A DNA stretch of 64,000 nucleotides from Paecilomyces variotii (Eukaryota): the NCBI GenBank assembly GCA_004022145.1, contig RCNU01000001.1; one strand, written 5' to 3'. This document shows, piece after piece, positions 28,631-40,882 of this stretch (position 1 is the stretch's first letter; each line of letters begins with the position of its first letter). The translations under genes were made by a program, and so were the position numbers. Under the pieces are notes generated by a model. It did no database searches. It saw only the letters and a list, made by a program, of their open reading frames with translations, and was not told where the DNA came from.

Positions 28631-31600
28631 GGCTTAGTCTTATTACTATTTTAAATAAATGAGCCGGATATCTTAGAGCTTTAATTTAATAAAAAGCTTT
28701 AATTAAAACGATATCTATAATAAGAAGTTAAACTAACAGATCTTTATCCCTAAATAGACTAATCTTTTAAGATAATAACCCTATCTCTAGTGTTAATCCC
28801 TTTAACAGCTCTAATAGTTATAATTTATTAAGGATTAAAGCTGCTAAAGATTATATAGGATAAAATACCTGTAATAGCTAAATAATTAATTGATAATAAT
28901 AACTTTAATAACTAGCTTTAATTAGTTAAGGAAGTCCTTAGAACAGTAGACTATAAGGATTTAATTAATATGTTTATTAGGAGACTTATACTCTAAGATA
29001 GAGCTGAAGTTTATAAGATATAGAGAAAGCTTAGCTTAATAGTAAAGAGCTAGATTAGTAGTTAGATTAACTGTAAGCTAATTAAAATTATAAGAATTAT
29101 GCTGAATAAGCTAATCTATATAGATAAGTATATTGAAGTAATTAAAAAGATTATTAACTACAGCTTAGCTTTAGGCAGACTTTTTATATTCTAGTAAGTT
29201 ATTATTATAACTAAATCCTAATATAGAATAATTAAACAATATATTATTAAATTTAGAGATTATATAATAAAATTAAATAATATAGGCTTAACTCTCTCGC
29301 CCTTTAGTGTAGTAATATTAATGCTTAAATAGCTTAAATCTAAAATATTAGCTTAGACTAACTCCTACTATGTTAAATAGGCTTAGTAAATTAAACCCCT
29401 AACTAATATAATAATAGAGGAATTCTAGCAATTTAGCTTTAAAGCTATTGACTAAACTAGATTTTATAAAAGCGCTTAAGCAGTCCCTGCTATATCTGCG
29501 AATAAGACTCCTATCTAAGAGACTAGATAATTAAATAGATTATTAAAGGGTCTATCTTTAAGTAAAGACCCTTTGGACTTCGCTTGTAAGATATAAGAGA
29601 AGAAGCTATTTTTTAAAGGCAAATATAGATATTACTATATATTTAAATATAACTCTATAAATTATTATTGCCTTAAAAAAGAAGTCCCTAATTAATAGCA
29701 TTTATTAAGGAGCATTTGGACTCTGCTAAATTAGAAGAAAGTTAACTTTAGCCTATAGAAATAAGATAAAGAGAAGAAGGATTTTAATAGCTTTATAGGG
29801 ATAGCAGTTTTAATAATATTTATCTTATTAATAGGCTGGATAGTAGATTTAGGAGTATATAGAAATATATATAATAATAAGTCCTAGTTTATTAAATATA
29901 GAGATTTTATTAGTGAAAAAAAGCAATAATATAAATATAACTATGCTAATAATATCCTAGGTAAAAGCGAAGGCAAAGGTATTATTAGACTAGATCTTAA
30001 GCTTAATAGTAGTTATATAAATAGCATCCTTATTTACGCCCTATATATATTAAAATAAAAATATTGTCTGTTCTTTATAATCTGAAATAAAATATTATAT
30101 AGAATATAGTATAACTCTTAAAATAATAGACTAATAAATATAGATACTAATTAGGTTATTAGATATATATATGAGAATAGAGATATCTTATAGCTTAAGC
30201 TTTATAGGTAGATTATTATATTAGCAATATTACTAGAGCTCCTATATAGGAGAATAGAATATACCGGCATTTTAAAGCTTAAAGTTATTATTAAATTAAA
30301 CCCCGCAGCTGTCTAACTTATTGAGGATATAGACTTTTATTGTAAAGTATATTATATAGTAAAGGTAAAGCAATTAGTATTTAAAGACCTTTAGCCTTGT
30401 ATATTACAACCAGCAGAATTCTTTTATGTAGATATTTAGCCTATAAAGCTATTAGGAGTCTAGGGATATATTAATTATCTTATTATTATAGACAGTATTA
30501 TAAGAATATAATTTGTCTATATATTAAAATTAAAAGACAAAGCTTTAAAACATATAATCTCCTTTATTAAAGGGATTAAGAATATCTCGCCAGTAGGCAA
30601 TTACTTATAATATTAGAGAATTAATAGCGGGAGAGAATTCTTAAATTTTAAGTCTTAGGCTAAAGCTAAAGGATTAAAGGTTAAACTAATACCTTTATAA
30701 ATCCTAAAGGGTAATAGTACTTCAGAATATTATAAAGAATATCTTAATTTATTAACTTATATAATAATAATAGCTTTAGAATTCTTAGAGAATCTCTAGC
30801 TATTTGTAATTAAGATTATAACCTATATTGCAAATAGACTGTTATAAAAAGATAAGACTAAACCTCCTATTATAAAATAGAGGAGATATTTTAATATATT
30901 AAATAAAAACTCTTCCTTAAAATATCTATAAGTTTAAGGCTATTAAATATATCTCTATATACCTAAAAAAGACAGGAAGCAAGTATTTAAAATAATACCT
31001 CGCGCCTAAATTAGTTACTTAGTCAGATATAAGGGAGATAATAATTATATTTATAAGGTCTAAATCTCTAAAATAGGCGAGATTAAATATTCTAGAGATA
31101 TTATATTCTTTAAAGATCCCGATAATCTATTAGCTCCTATAACTATAAAAAATCTTATACTAAATAGTTTAGCGCTAACTATTAGTAGAGTAAAAATACT
31201 TATTCTAAAATAATATATTAAGAACTAACTATAAATAATTAACCTAATTTATTAAATAATTAAAGATGCTATCTAATAATATATTAGAACTCTATTGCCT
31301 ATACTCTAGATTAAATAATAGACTAAACAGTAATTATTAAAAATGCAAGAGAATATAGATATTATCTAACTAGCTATAGGTAATCTAAATACTTAAATAA
31401 ATAAGCTAGTTAACTAAGCTCTACCTAAAGATATCCTAATATCTTTAGATCTATTGTAAGAAGATTTTTATAATATTAATACTGTAAAGTATAAAAATAC
31501 TAATTATATTAATCTAACTGGCTTATAGCTTGCAGGAGAACTAATAGAGGAGATATTATAATTTATATAAGATAGAAAGCTAGTTACCTAGCTAGGAGAT

Positions 31601-33324
31601 AAGTAAGCTTATAATATTTAAATAGCTTAAGCGAAAAAAGCTATAAAGACTAAAGGGGGTAAATAATATAGTATTTTAGCTTTAGCTTTATAATTTATAT
31701 AAGCTTATAAAGTTAAAGTCCCCCGCATCTATAAGTAAGCAGTTAAATCCTTATAGGCTGGTGACTAGCAATAAGCTATAGAGAGTTAAATATAGAAGCT
31801 TAAAGCTAAGTAAACTTAGTTACTAGTCCTCTATCTAGATAATAAGGATATTAAAATCCTATTGGGGAAATAGATATATAATGTTAAGACTAATGCTAAT
31901 AGCTTTTTAAAGGAATATAGAGCTAGATAAGTAGTTTATAATAACTTTTAGTAGACTATTAGATATAAATAATACTATAGCCTAGTAGTGAGCGAGATAG
32001 CTGTTAAACTATTCTTAACTCTTATTATTATACGCGGGTTATATTAGATTTAATATGATATTATTATGGCTTATTTAAACGCCCTATTAAATAATAAGTA
32101 AATCTATATATAATAGCTAATAGGATTTGCTGTAGGGAAATGTTAAGTCTACTTATTCTATTGCGCCTTATATAGACTATAGGAATCTGCTAACTTGTGA
32201 AATATAATACTTATAAATAAATTTCATAATATAGGATTTATATTATTAGAAAAAGATCTATATATTCTTATATTAAATGGGGAATAGTATGTTATTATTT
32301 ATATTAATAATATGCTCGCAGTAGCACTTATAAAGGAGGATATTAATATATTTATAATGATTTTAAGTAGTTATTTTAATATAAAGATCCTTAGCAAACT
32401 CTTTAACTTTCTAAGTTATAAGCTTAATAAAGATTAGAAATAGGGAATAATTATTATAAGCTAAGCTAGCTATATACTAGCTATTTTAGCTAATTTTAGC
32501 TTCTATAATAGTAAACTAATAAGAATTTAAGTCCTTATAATATTAATATATAGACCAAAAATTTTAGAGGAACTAGCTAATAAGGATATTAAAATTAAAT
32601 ATTAAATCTTTATTAGAAAGTTAAGCTAGTTAGTAATTAAAATATAGCTAGACTTAGCCTAAGCTATAAACTATTTATAATAAAAGGTAAGCAATCTAAA
32701 TAATAAAGATATTAAAGCAGTAAAATATTTACTATAATATATTTGCTGAGCTCCTGATTATAGCATTAAACTAGAAGCAGATCCTAATATAGGTATTAAA
32801 GTTTATATAAATACTAGTTACTAAGATAACCCTAATAGGACCTTAACTGAAGTATTTGTAATCCTATATAAAGGGGTATTTATTAGCTGGTTTAGTAAAA
32901 AGCAGTAAATAATAGCTCTGTCGATAATAATTGTTAAATTCTGCGTATTAGATTTTGCGGTAAAAGAAGCTATATTTATGAGAAAACTGGCCTATACTCT
33001 AGGTCTTAAATAGGATCTGGAGATCCCTATACCCGTCTGGATTGACGCAGTAAATACCATAATTTTGGTTAAAAATAGGGGTTATAAATTAATTATTAAA
33101 TGGCTAAATAATTGCTATTTCTTTATTCGATCTGCAGCAGTTAATAATATAATTAAACTATAGAAAATTGACGGCAAAATAAACCCAGCGGACGGCCTGA
33201 TGAAGCTATTAGACTATATTAAATTTTAGGAGTTTCAGGAGCTTATAAAGTTAAGGAAACTAGACATTTAAAGGGTTTAAATAAATTACCTGATTAGGCA
33301 ATCAGGCTGTCTGCCAGCGCCATT

Positions 33325-33334
33325 GAAGGGGGTG
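33325..33334 (+). other. Polypurine tract
   Basis: GAAGGGGGTG immediately before the 3' LTR. Confidence 0.8.
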
Positions 33335-33471
33335 TTTCGGTGCCCCTAGGGGCTCCAGTAGTGGTCGCCCGCGCCAGCAGCCAGCTTAGTCAGCAGAGTA
33401 GTAGCCAGATAGATCAGTTCAGCTCCCCCCTAGATAGCTTCCTCAATCAAGCATCTTCGTCAGCTCCAAGA
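33335..33471 (+). repeat. 3' LTR (137 bp)
   Basis: Direct repeat of 28482-28618. Begins TTTCGG, ends CCAAGA and is followed by TSD CGCAA. Confidence 0.95.
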
Positions 33472-34926
33472 CGCAATTTCTCCAACTCTTCATCTGTAGG
33501 GGCGGGGATCTTGCGCTCGCTAGCACCTTTCTCTTGCTGGACGCGCTCACCCACCCATCGCCCACCCTCTGGTTGAACGAGACCCAAGTCTTGATATGTC
33601 AAGTCTTCCACGATCCGCATTTTGGCGACCTTTGCGGCCTTGGCCCGATTCTTGTAGTCGTCCGTGAATGTGTCTGGTAATCGTATTGGATCCGTGTAAA
33701 GGCTTTTGTGCTTATTGTTACACTCCCAGGAGCGATGTGGAGCTTTGTGGTGACACATTAGAAAAAATGGTCGACGCGCATCGCGGGCCTGGATCCAATC
33801 GAGAGACTTGTCCGTAATAATATCAGTCACGTAGCCATCTTCGATCTTCGATCCAGCCGGTTCAATAAATTCCGGATCCCAGTATTCGCCTTGGCCCGGG
33901 AGAACGGACCTATGTCAGACATTCTGTCAGATAACGGTGCCAAAATAGCTAGATATATAGACCCAACATGTAATCATGAATTGGCATACCAATAGTCAAA
34001 TCCCGATGGCTCATGCATTCTGCCCTCACCTAAGTGCCATTTGCCCACCATGGCGGTTTGATAACCTCCAGTGCGCAAATGCTTTGCAACGTTTGGCATA
34101 TGCTTGTTGATCTAGATGGACCCAATATCAGTTTCAACTATAGACGATACATCATTCGATAGAATGAAGGTTGATGTAATAGGATCCAAGTATCGGGGTC
34201 CACTGACATGATTATCAAGCGTCATAACCCCGTTGACATGATTGTAGGTTCCGGTCAAAATGGACGCACGAGAGGGTGTGCAGATGGAGTTTGTTACATA
34301 ACAATGGTTAAACTTCATCCCCTCCTTCGCCAGCTTATCAATGTTCGGAGTGTGATTGATTCCAGCACCGTAACAGCTGATGGACTTTGAGGCATGGTCA
34401 TCGGCCATGATGAAGATAATGTTCGGTCTTGAATCAGCAGCCATTTTAGAGTCTGATGACTTATGAAGAACGGATTTCGAGTATATATTCCCGACAAAGA
34501 CTTGAAGAGTTGTCCTTAAAGTAAAGATGAGAAAGAGGCCAGGACTAAAGTACACTGGATATGCAGGCTAGCTACCTAATATAAGTATCTAAGGCAATCC
34601 CATTCTGCTGGGCGCATATTTCAAGACTATTGCCCCTCAGTATATTCTTTTTGCCGATTCCGGTAATAGGGCGACGGGTCGGGAAAATTATAGTGACACT
34701 ATCGGATCTCGGTGGGCGTTAGATGTGATTGGTTCTAGTTGTTGTTTCATCTATATCCCTCGGTTGTCGGTCAAACTGTTGTGTGATTGGCTTCCTTTTC
34801 AGCACCTAGGTAAGACCGGCGGGGTGGTCGCGCAATCTGAAGACCTCGACGAGAACCCGAACACTGGTGCATACAAACGATACCATTTAGAGTACGATGG
34901 CTTGAGCTATTCTCATGTAAGAGCTG

Positions 34927-37101
34927 ATGAAGGTTGTGTGCGTGCAATGTCGGATCCGTAAGGTACACTCTACTTTCCATTACCTGTGCTATATCCGATG
35001 TTGACTATGGGTGGCTTCAGGTGCGGTGCAAAGGAGAGCAACCAGCATGTAGCAACTGCAGGCGCCTCAAATTCCCCTGTTCTTTCAAACGGATTGCAAC
35101 AGAACCTGCCTCTGTGGAGCAGGCCTTTGATGCACCACGCAAATGTCGAGGCTCTCGCGCGTGTGCGGCCTGTCGTTCCCAGAAGACGCGTTGCTCTGGA
35201 GAGAGACCGGCTTGTTCGAACTGTGAGCGACGTGGCAGGCCTTGTGTTTACAGAAATGAAGAGGCGCAGAATGCTATAGTCAGCGATATAAATGGATCTT
35301 TACCACCGATCCCAGATATGGACGGCTCTTCAGGGCTATTGCACTTGCAAGCAAAAGGGCGTACTCTTGATCCAAGGTGCGGTTCTGCAGACACACTGGC
35401 TACTACAGACCGCATGTCTAATCTGATAACAATTTTCTTTGAACGGATTTTTCCACTGCCATCTTATTCTTTCCTTCACCCCGCAACGGTGAAGAAACGC
35501 TTCCAGGAAGGGGTATTAGATGAAGCTTTAAAGCTTACGATATGCGCTATCACTAAACTGTATATCTGGGGTCGCTCTTCATCCAGTGACACATGGGCCG
35601 ATGAAAGTCAAGAGCTTCTATTACAGAACATATCTCGACCATCCGTCTTGCACCTTCAGGCATTACTGCTCCTCGTTCGATATCGTGCAGGAGCGGGAGA
35701 CTTTTCCAGTGCTTTCTTGCTCGCTGGGCTTGCCGCACGTTCAGCAGTTGGCTTGCGACTCAACTATGATCGCTCCGATCTTGGTCCTATAGCGCAGGAA
35801 GTTCGACGGCGAACGTTCTGGTCCCTGTACTTACTGGATGATATATTCAGTGTTGGCTTGGAAGATTTCGAACTATGCCGACCAGAAATTATCCATCTTC
35901 AATTACCATCGGACGACATCGACTTCATGAGAGAGCGTTACATCCGGACGGGCTCCTTAGAGTCAGATGGTGATGATGGATCTGACAATATCGGTTTCCG
36001 TGGGCTGTTCTTAAGGGTAGCATTCATTCGACGAGCTATTATGAGGTCTGCGTGCCTCTCAAAATTCCCGAGAAGAAACATGGACTGAAACCCTCACAGA
36101 TTCAATCGTAAGGTCCAATCTGGATCCTTTGACCCCTCTACACTTTCTATGTCGACGGAGCGCTTCTCAAAACAGCTAGGGACCATGGAAGCACAATTGA
36201 AATCACTTGATATGTCTACAATGATAGATGTCGCAGACGATAGATGGGACCCTCCTATAGTGATGCTTCGCCTGTCACTACACCAATCCTACTGCGATCT
36301 ATATCGCATATTCCTGACTGGGTACCCCGAGGCAGCACCGCAGTCTGCCATTGAGCAGATTTCCCTCCCGGACAGGGAAGCGATGCAGGATAAATGCCTG
36401 CACCATGCTCACGCTATTTCTCAGACTCTTGTGGATTTCGCAGAAAGTCGTGAAGGAACTCAAATACTGGATTATGATGCAGCAGTCTGTACTTACCATA
36501 GCCTACGATTGATGTTATTCTTCGCTTCCACACGACCAGGCTACTCTAGGATTGAAAAGCAGACTGTCATTGAGAGAGCGAAGGCTTGTGTGAACATTAC
36601 TCTCCAGTTATTCCATTTCCTTGAACCTGTAAAGCCAATGGTATGTTCTACTATCTAGAACAGTCAACAGGCGGAATTTCTGACTTCTCCTAGATCGCGG
36701 ACCTAGAAAGACTACTCCACTGTACAACCTCTTCAATGCTAGCGGCTTTCTCTCCACCTCCAATCCTGCAAGTCCCGCAAGCAGCAAAGGTAGCTAGGGA
36801 GGCATCGACGCGGCAACGATTGTCAATTCACAGTTTGCTACATCAAGCTGATTTTGTCGATGACAGTCCACAAGCGGCTGATTCTGCAGCTGATAACATC
36901 CCTCTTGCAATGTCACATGTGTGCAAGAATAATAGGGCCGGCAATACTTCCGATGGCTCGATTGGCCCATCCTATTCTTCAAATCCAAGGAATCCTGAAC
37001 CACATATGGGACCATCGAGTCTGATTTTTAATGCATGGATGGGGTTCCCTAGCGTAGAAGAAAGGGCTGGGCAGTTGGAGGGGTTTGCAGAGGATTTCTG
37101 A
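34927..37101 (+). CDS. Zn(II)2Cys6 transcription factor with two tandem binuclear clusters
   Basis: MKVVCVQCRIRK, intron 34963-35020, VRCKGEQPACSNCRRLKFPC. Second cluster ACAACRSQKTRCSGERPACSNCERRGRPC. Middle homology region EVRRRTFWSLYLLD. Further introns near 36045 and 36641. Confidence 0.9.
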
Positions 37102-37465
37102 AGAGAAGGGTGTTTGGAGGTGGTGTGTCTTGCATAGCTAACTAAGACATCCAGCGTCCGTAATGGCTAAGAATCTAGGTAGTGCAATACATAGTTCGTT
37201 AAAGCTTGAAGCTAACTTGGCGATTTCCCACATCTACGTCACTGTCCTATCTACCTGTCATGTGATCGGAATGTCGCGTTGTTTCGAGAGTCCCCGAACG
37301 TCCGAAGGGATTCAAAGGGATAGTTCATCTCATCAAGATCACTTATTCGAAATTGTATTCTATTTCTCTTTCCACATAGGCTAAGTAACCCGAGATAATT
37401 CATCTTTGTCCCGAGGGATTCTTTCTTTGGAAGCTTTCTGCAGGCGATATGATCTAGCCTGGGAG

Positions 37466-39269
37466 ATGTCTCCCCGCCCGGCTTTATTTACTGCGACGCG
37501 CTTACAGACGGCGACCTACCTGCTCGCTGTCTGTCTGTTCTCCATCGCATTTCTTGTTTTCGTTAATGCATCGATTTCATTTGTCGTTACTGATCTAATT
37601 GGCCGTCACCATGGAGTAGGAGATGCTGTTGGCACGCTGGGGTTCGCAGATGAGCTGCTGGCGCTGGTAGCCTGCCCCGCGTGGGGGATGTTGTCGGATC
37701 GCATCGGAGTTCGCTGGGTAAGTTCAATTATCTTATATTTTGATCTTTCTCAGCCCAATTGCTCATCTATGTCGTGGCTAGGTCTGTACAACGGGTTATG
37801 CAATCGTGGCCTTGTCCCTGTTTGTTTTCGTCCAGGCGAAAAATGTCTACCCGCAGTTGCTCCTGGGTAGATTGCTTTTCAGTGTCGGAGGTGCTGCAGT
37901 AGCTACAATGGTGACGGCGACATTACCGTCTGTATCAGGAGGATCGGCCACTTGGAGTGCAGGAAGACAACCCACGGGTCCAGGATGCAGGACCTCGATG
38001 TCATCGGAACTGACCGTTACCCCCGTGCGGTACGTACGCAGTACGTCGCGGGACGGAGAAGTCAGAATCGAAGGGAAACCATCCTCCTCAAGGCTCGCAG
38101 GATTCGTTGGAATGTTCACTGGATGTGGTGCGCTGGTCGCTCTGATGCTCTTCCTTCCCCTCCCGGCTCGATTCGAAAAGATGGGCTTGTCTCCGCCCGA
38201 GGCCATTCAGCGCAGTTACTACGTCGTCGGATCGATAGCACTTCTAGTTTCCCTGGTCTGTTTTATAGGCCTTCGAAACCTACATGGTGACGAAGGTAAA
38301 GGGTGGAGATCTCTTGGTTGGACATACGGGCCCTATTCAGAGGACGGTGTGCAGGATGGGGAACGGTCTTCGGCCGTCCATACTCGACCACTATCGTACT
38401 TCAACCAGCTCAGTAGTGCATTTATCTTAGGATTTAGGCACACCAACATCACCCTGGGTTACTTGGGGGGATTTGTCGCTCGCGCTTCCTCCGTGGGGAT
38501 CTCACTTTTTGTCCCACTCTTCGTTAATCACTATTATAGGGAGTCGGGACTTTGTCGTGAAGACCCGTCCGTGTTGTCCGAACCAGATATGGGAGATATC
38601 AAGAAATCCTGCCCGAAAGCATATATTCTTGCTTCCATCCTGACCGGCGTTTCACAGCTGATCGCTTTAATATGCGCACCGGCATTTGGCTTTCTATCTG
38701 AAAAGTCACGCAATTACAACCTACCGCTTCTGTTCGCTGCATGTGCTGGTGTCATCGGCTACGTTGCTTTCGCACTCTTGCCGAGTCCGCGTTATGACGG
38801 CCCACAGGGGAACTTGGCAGTTTTCCTGGTCATGGCGTTGATCGGTATCAGCCAAATAGGTGCAATCGTCTGCAGTCTGGGTGTGCTCAGCAACGGTGTG
38901 CTACATATTGATTCTCGGCAAGCGTTTCAAGACCGGTCGGGATCGGAAGCAGAACGAGCGCCGGGAAACGGCAGCACCTCCAGCGGACCAGAGCGTGTTC
39001 CGAATGAAGAGGAGCCCCTCCTCGGCAAGCCGTCTGAGCGCCAATTTAAAGATCTTCAGCATCTCAAAGGGTCGATTGCCGGTATGTATTCTCTTTACGG
39101 CGGTGCTGGCATCCTTATCCTTACAAAACTGGGTGGCTTGCTCTTTGACGTCCTCTCACCTGGTGCTCCTTTCTATATCCTCGCCGCTTTCAACGGGTTT
39201 CTCCTAGTAGCCGGTATGGTATGTGGCTTAGCCACAGTTCGATCATCTAGCCTCAAACCCCAGGCATAA
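37466..39269 (+). CDS. MFS transporter (1 intron)
   Basis: Multiple TM helices, WGMLSDRIG motif, LGRLLFSVGG, GFLSEKS. Confidence 0.88.
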
Positions 39270-39989
39270 GCGCTGAAATTGTTCTATTTGCTTGTTCCTG
39301 CTAATGAATGCTCACGAGATGTAATGCATTGCATACTTTGTTTTGAAACCACTAGGTGATCCGGATGAATATTGCGTGTCAGGTGGCGTATATGCCGCTC
39401 AAACTCTTAACTGAAAATCTCTTCTCGTATTGTTATTAAGCAAAATATGTTCTTCTCCCCCACTAAGTAATGGGCCTTGTACCGACTTTATACTTCAAAC
39501 TATCCAACGCTGGGTACGTCTTCTCAGATGTGGACAGCTTTGTAAAGCCTAAACTAAGACGGACGTTCTTGTAGACTCACAAGAAAAGTTCATACTCAAA
39601 GCTCTAGTGTAAGAACCTAACTTAATTCTTAGCTCTCTCATTCGCGGACTGCTCCAGTCCTACAGCAACAGATCCGCTGTCATATTTCAGAAACTCGACA
39701 GTGGGGAACGACGGAAACCCTTCACGTTCCTATCGGATCAAGACGGGAAAAGATAAAAAAGAAAAGGACCCAAACAATTTCAGCCTAAAAAAAAAAGTCT
39801 CCGCGCTTGACTCATTGCTTAGTTATCAGCTATTCTATCTGGAGAGAAAAACAAAGAAAGCACGTGCCCTGTACAGCGCAGAAAACCTCGTGAGCTTTAG
39901 ATTTATAGATTCCACACAGAAGAGAAAACCGGCCGAGAGGAGAGAATTACCATCCTTGCGTGAGTTGCCATCACTTAATTTTTTTCACC

Positions 39990-40882
39990 ATGTCTCTCGC
40001 GTTCAAGGACAAGGTCGTTCTCGTCACTGGTAAGTTTTGTTCGATTCCCCGCGCGGGGCATCAACAGTGCTGATCAATTATATAGGAGGTACCAAGGGTA
40101 TTGGACGGAGCATCGTTGAAGCATTGTATGATAAACCTTTGCTATTATTCACGAGAAATGAGAACCACTAGCTAACAACCTCTACTAGCATTGCTGAAGG
40201 TGCCCGGGTATACTTTTGCTCTCGGACTGCCGCGGATGTGGATGCTGCCGTAGCCGCGCTTTCACCTCCTACGTCCACTCGACCGGGCACTGTGGTCGGC
40301 GCCACTGTCGATGCATCCAAGTCAGAGCAAGTCCGCTCCTGGGTGCAGTCTGCTATCTCTGCTGAGGGGAGAATCGATGTTGTGATCTCCAACGTCTCGA
40401 GTCTCTCCATGGGGGATGATGCCGAATCATGGACAGCCGCCTTCTCGACGGATCTTCTCGGTACCGTCACGCTGGTGAACACTGCTCTGCCAGCTTTGGA
40501 GAAGACCAAAGGAAACATCATTGCTCTCTCTTCCGTTTCTGGCCGTGAAATCGACTTCAGCGCCCCTGGGCCATATGGTGCTGTCAAGGCCGCATTGACG
40601 CATTATATCGCACAGCAGGCGCATGTCTTGGCGCCGAAGGGAATCAGGGCAAACACTGTCAGTCCTGGTAATATCTATGTCGAGGGCGGTATCTGGGGAA
40701 ACATCAAAAGGGATAACCCAGTGCTGTTCGCGGAGCAGCTTAAGGCAAATCCTATGGGTAGACTGGGAACGCCAGAGGAGGTGGCTAATGCGGTGCTGTT
40801 CCTTGCCAGTGACAAGGCTTCGTTCATTAGTGGAACGAACATGCTGGTTGATGGAGCATTGTGTACTGGTGTTCAACAGTAG
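39990..40882 (+). CDS. Short-chain dehydrogenase/reductase (2 introns)
   Basis: MSLAFKDKVVLVTG/GTKGIG (TGxxxGIG split by an intron), YGAVK (YxxxK), NTVSPG, PMGRLG. Confidence 0.92.

Larger units (their letters stand above)
28482..33471 (+). mobile_element. Full-length Ty1/copia LTR retrotransposon, inactivated by RIP-like mutation
   Basis: Two 137-bp LTRs, 5-bp TSD CGCAA (28477-28481, 33472-33476), PBS and PPT. Degenerate pol in copia order: protease WIVDLG (~29836), integrase NSGREF (~30623), RT RAR*VV / DIIMAYLNA / LYRL*ESANL / YINNML (31920-32315), RNase H ISWFSKKQ and NPADGL (32880-33200). Many TAA/TAG stops. Confidence 0.95.
27717..34444 (-). pseudogene. Type I (formylglycine) sulfatase, disrupted by a copia insertion
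   Basis: The 5' half (ATG 34444) has PNIIFIMADD, CTPSR, GKWHLG and HKAPH, and reads ...PTDEELEKLRL before running into the LTR (GADEDA*). The 3' half resumes (L)RLIDKDTG... with [24 protein letters not shown]. Removing 28482-33476 restores EKLRLIDK in frame. Confidence 0.92.

Noticed and set aside
33333-33334. TG as the canonical start of the 3' LTR
   Set aside because: The 5' LTR has AA (end of the TSD) at the equivalent positions, and neither LTR ends in CA. The TG fits as the end of the PPT.
28470-33472. Splicing of the whole retrotransposon out of the sulfatase mRNA (GTCTTG donor, CTTATAG acceptor would be in frame)
   Set aside because: The donor is non-consensus, and a 5-kb AT-rich intron is implausible in this fungal group. 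There is no transcript evidence.
33340-33576. 78-aa + strand ORF spanning the 3' LTR
   Set aside because: GTG start; a chimera of LTR and antisense sulfatase sequence.
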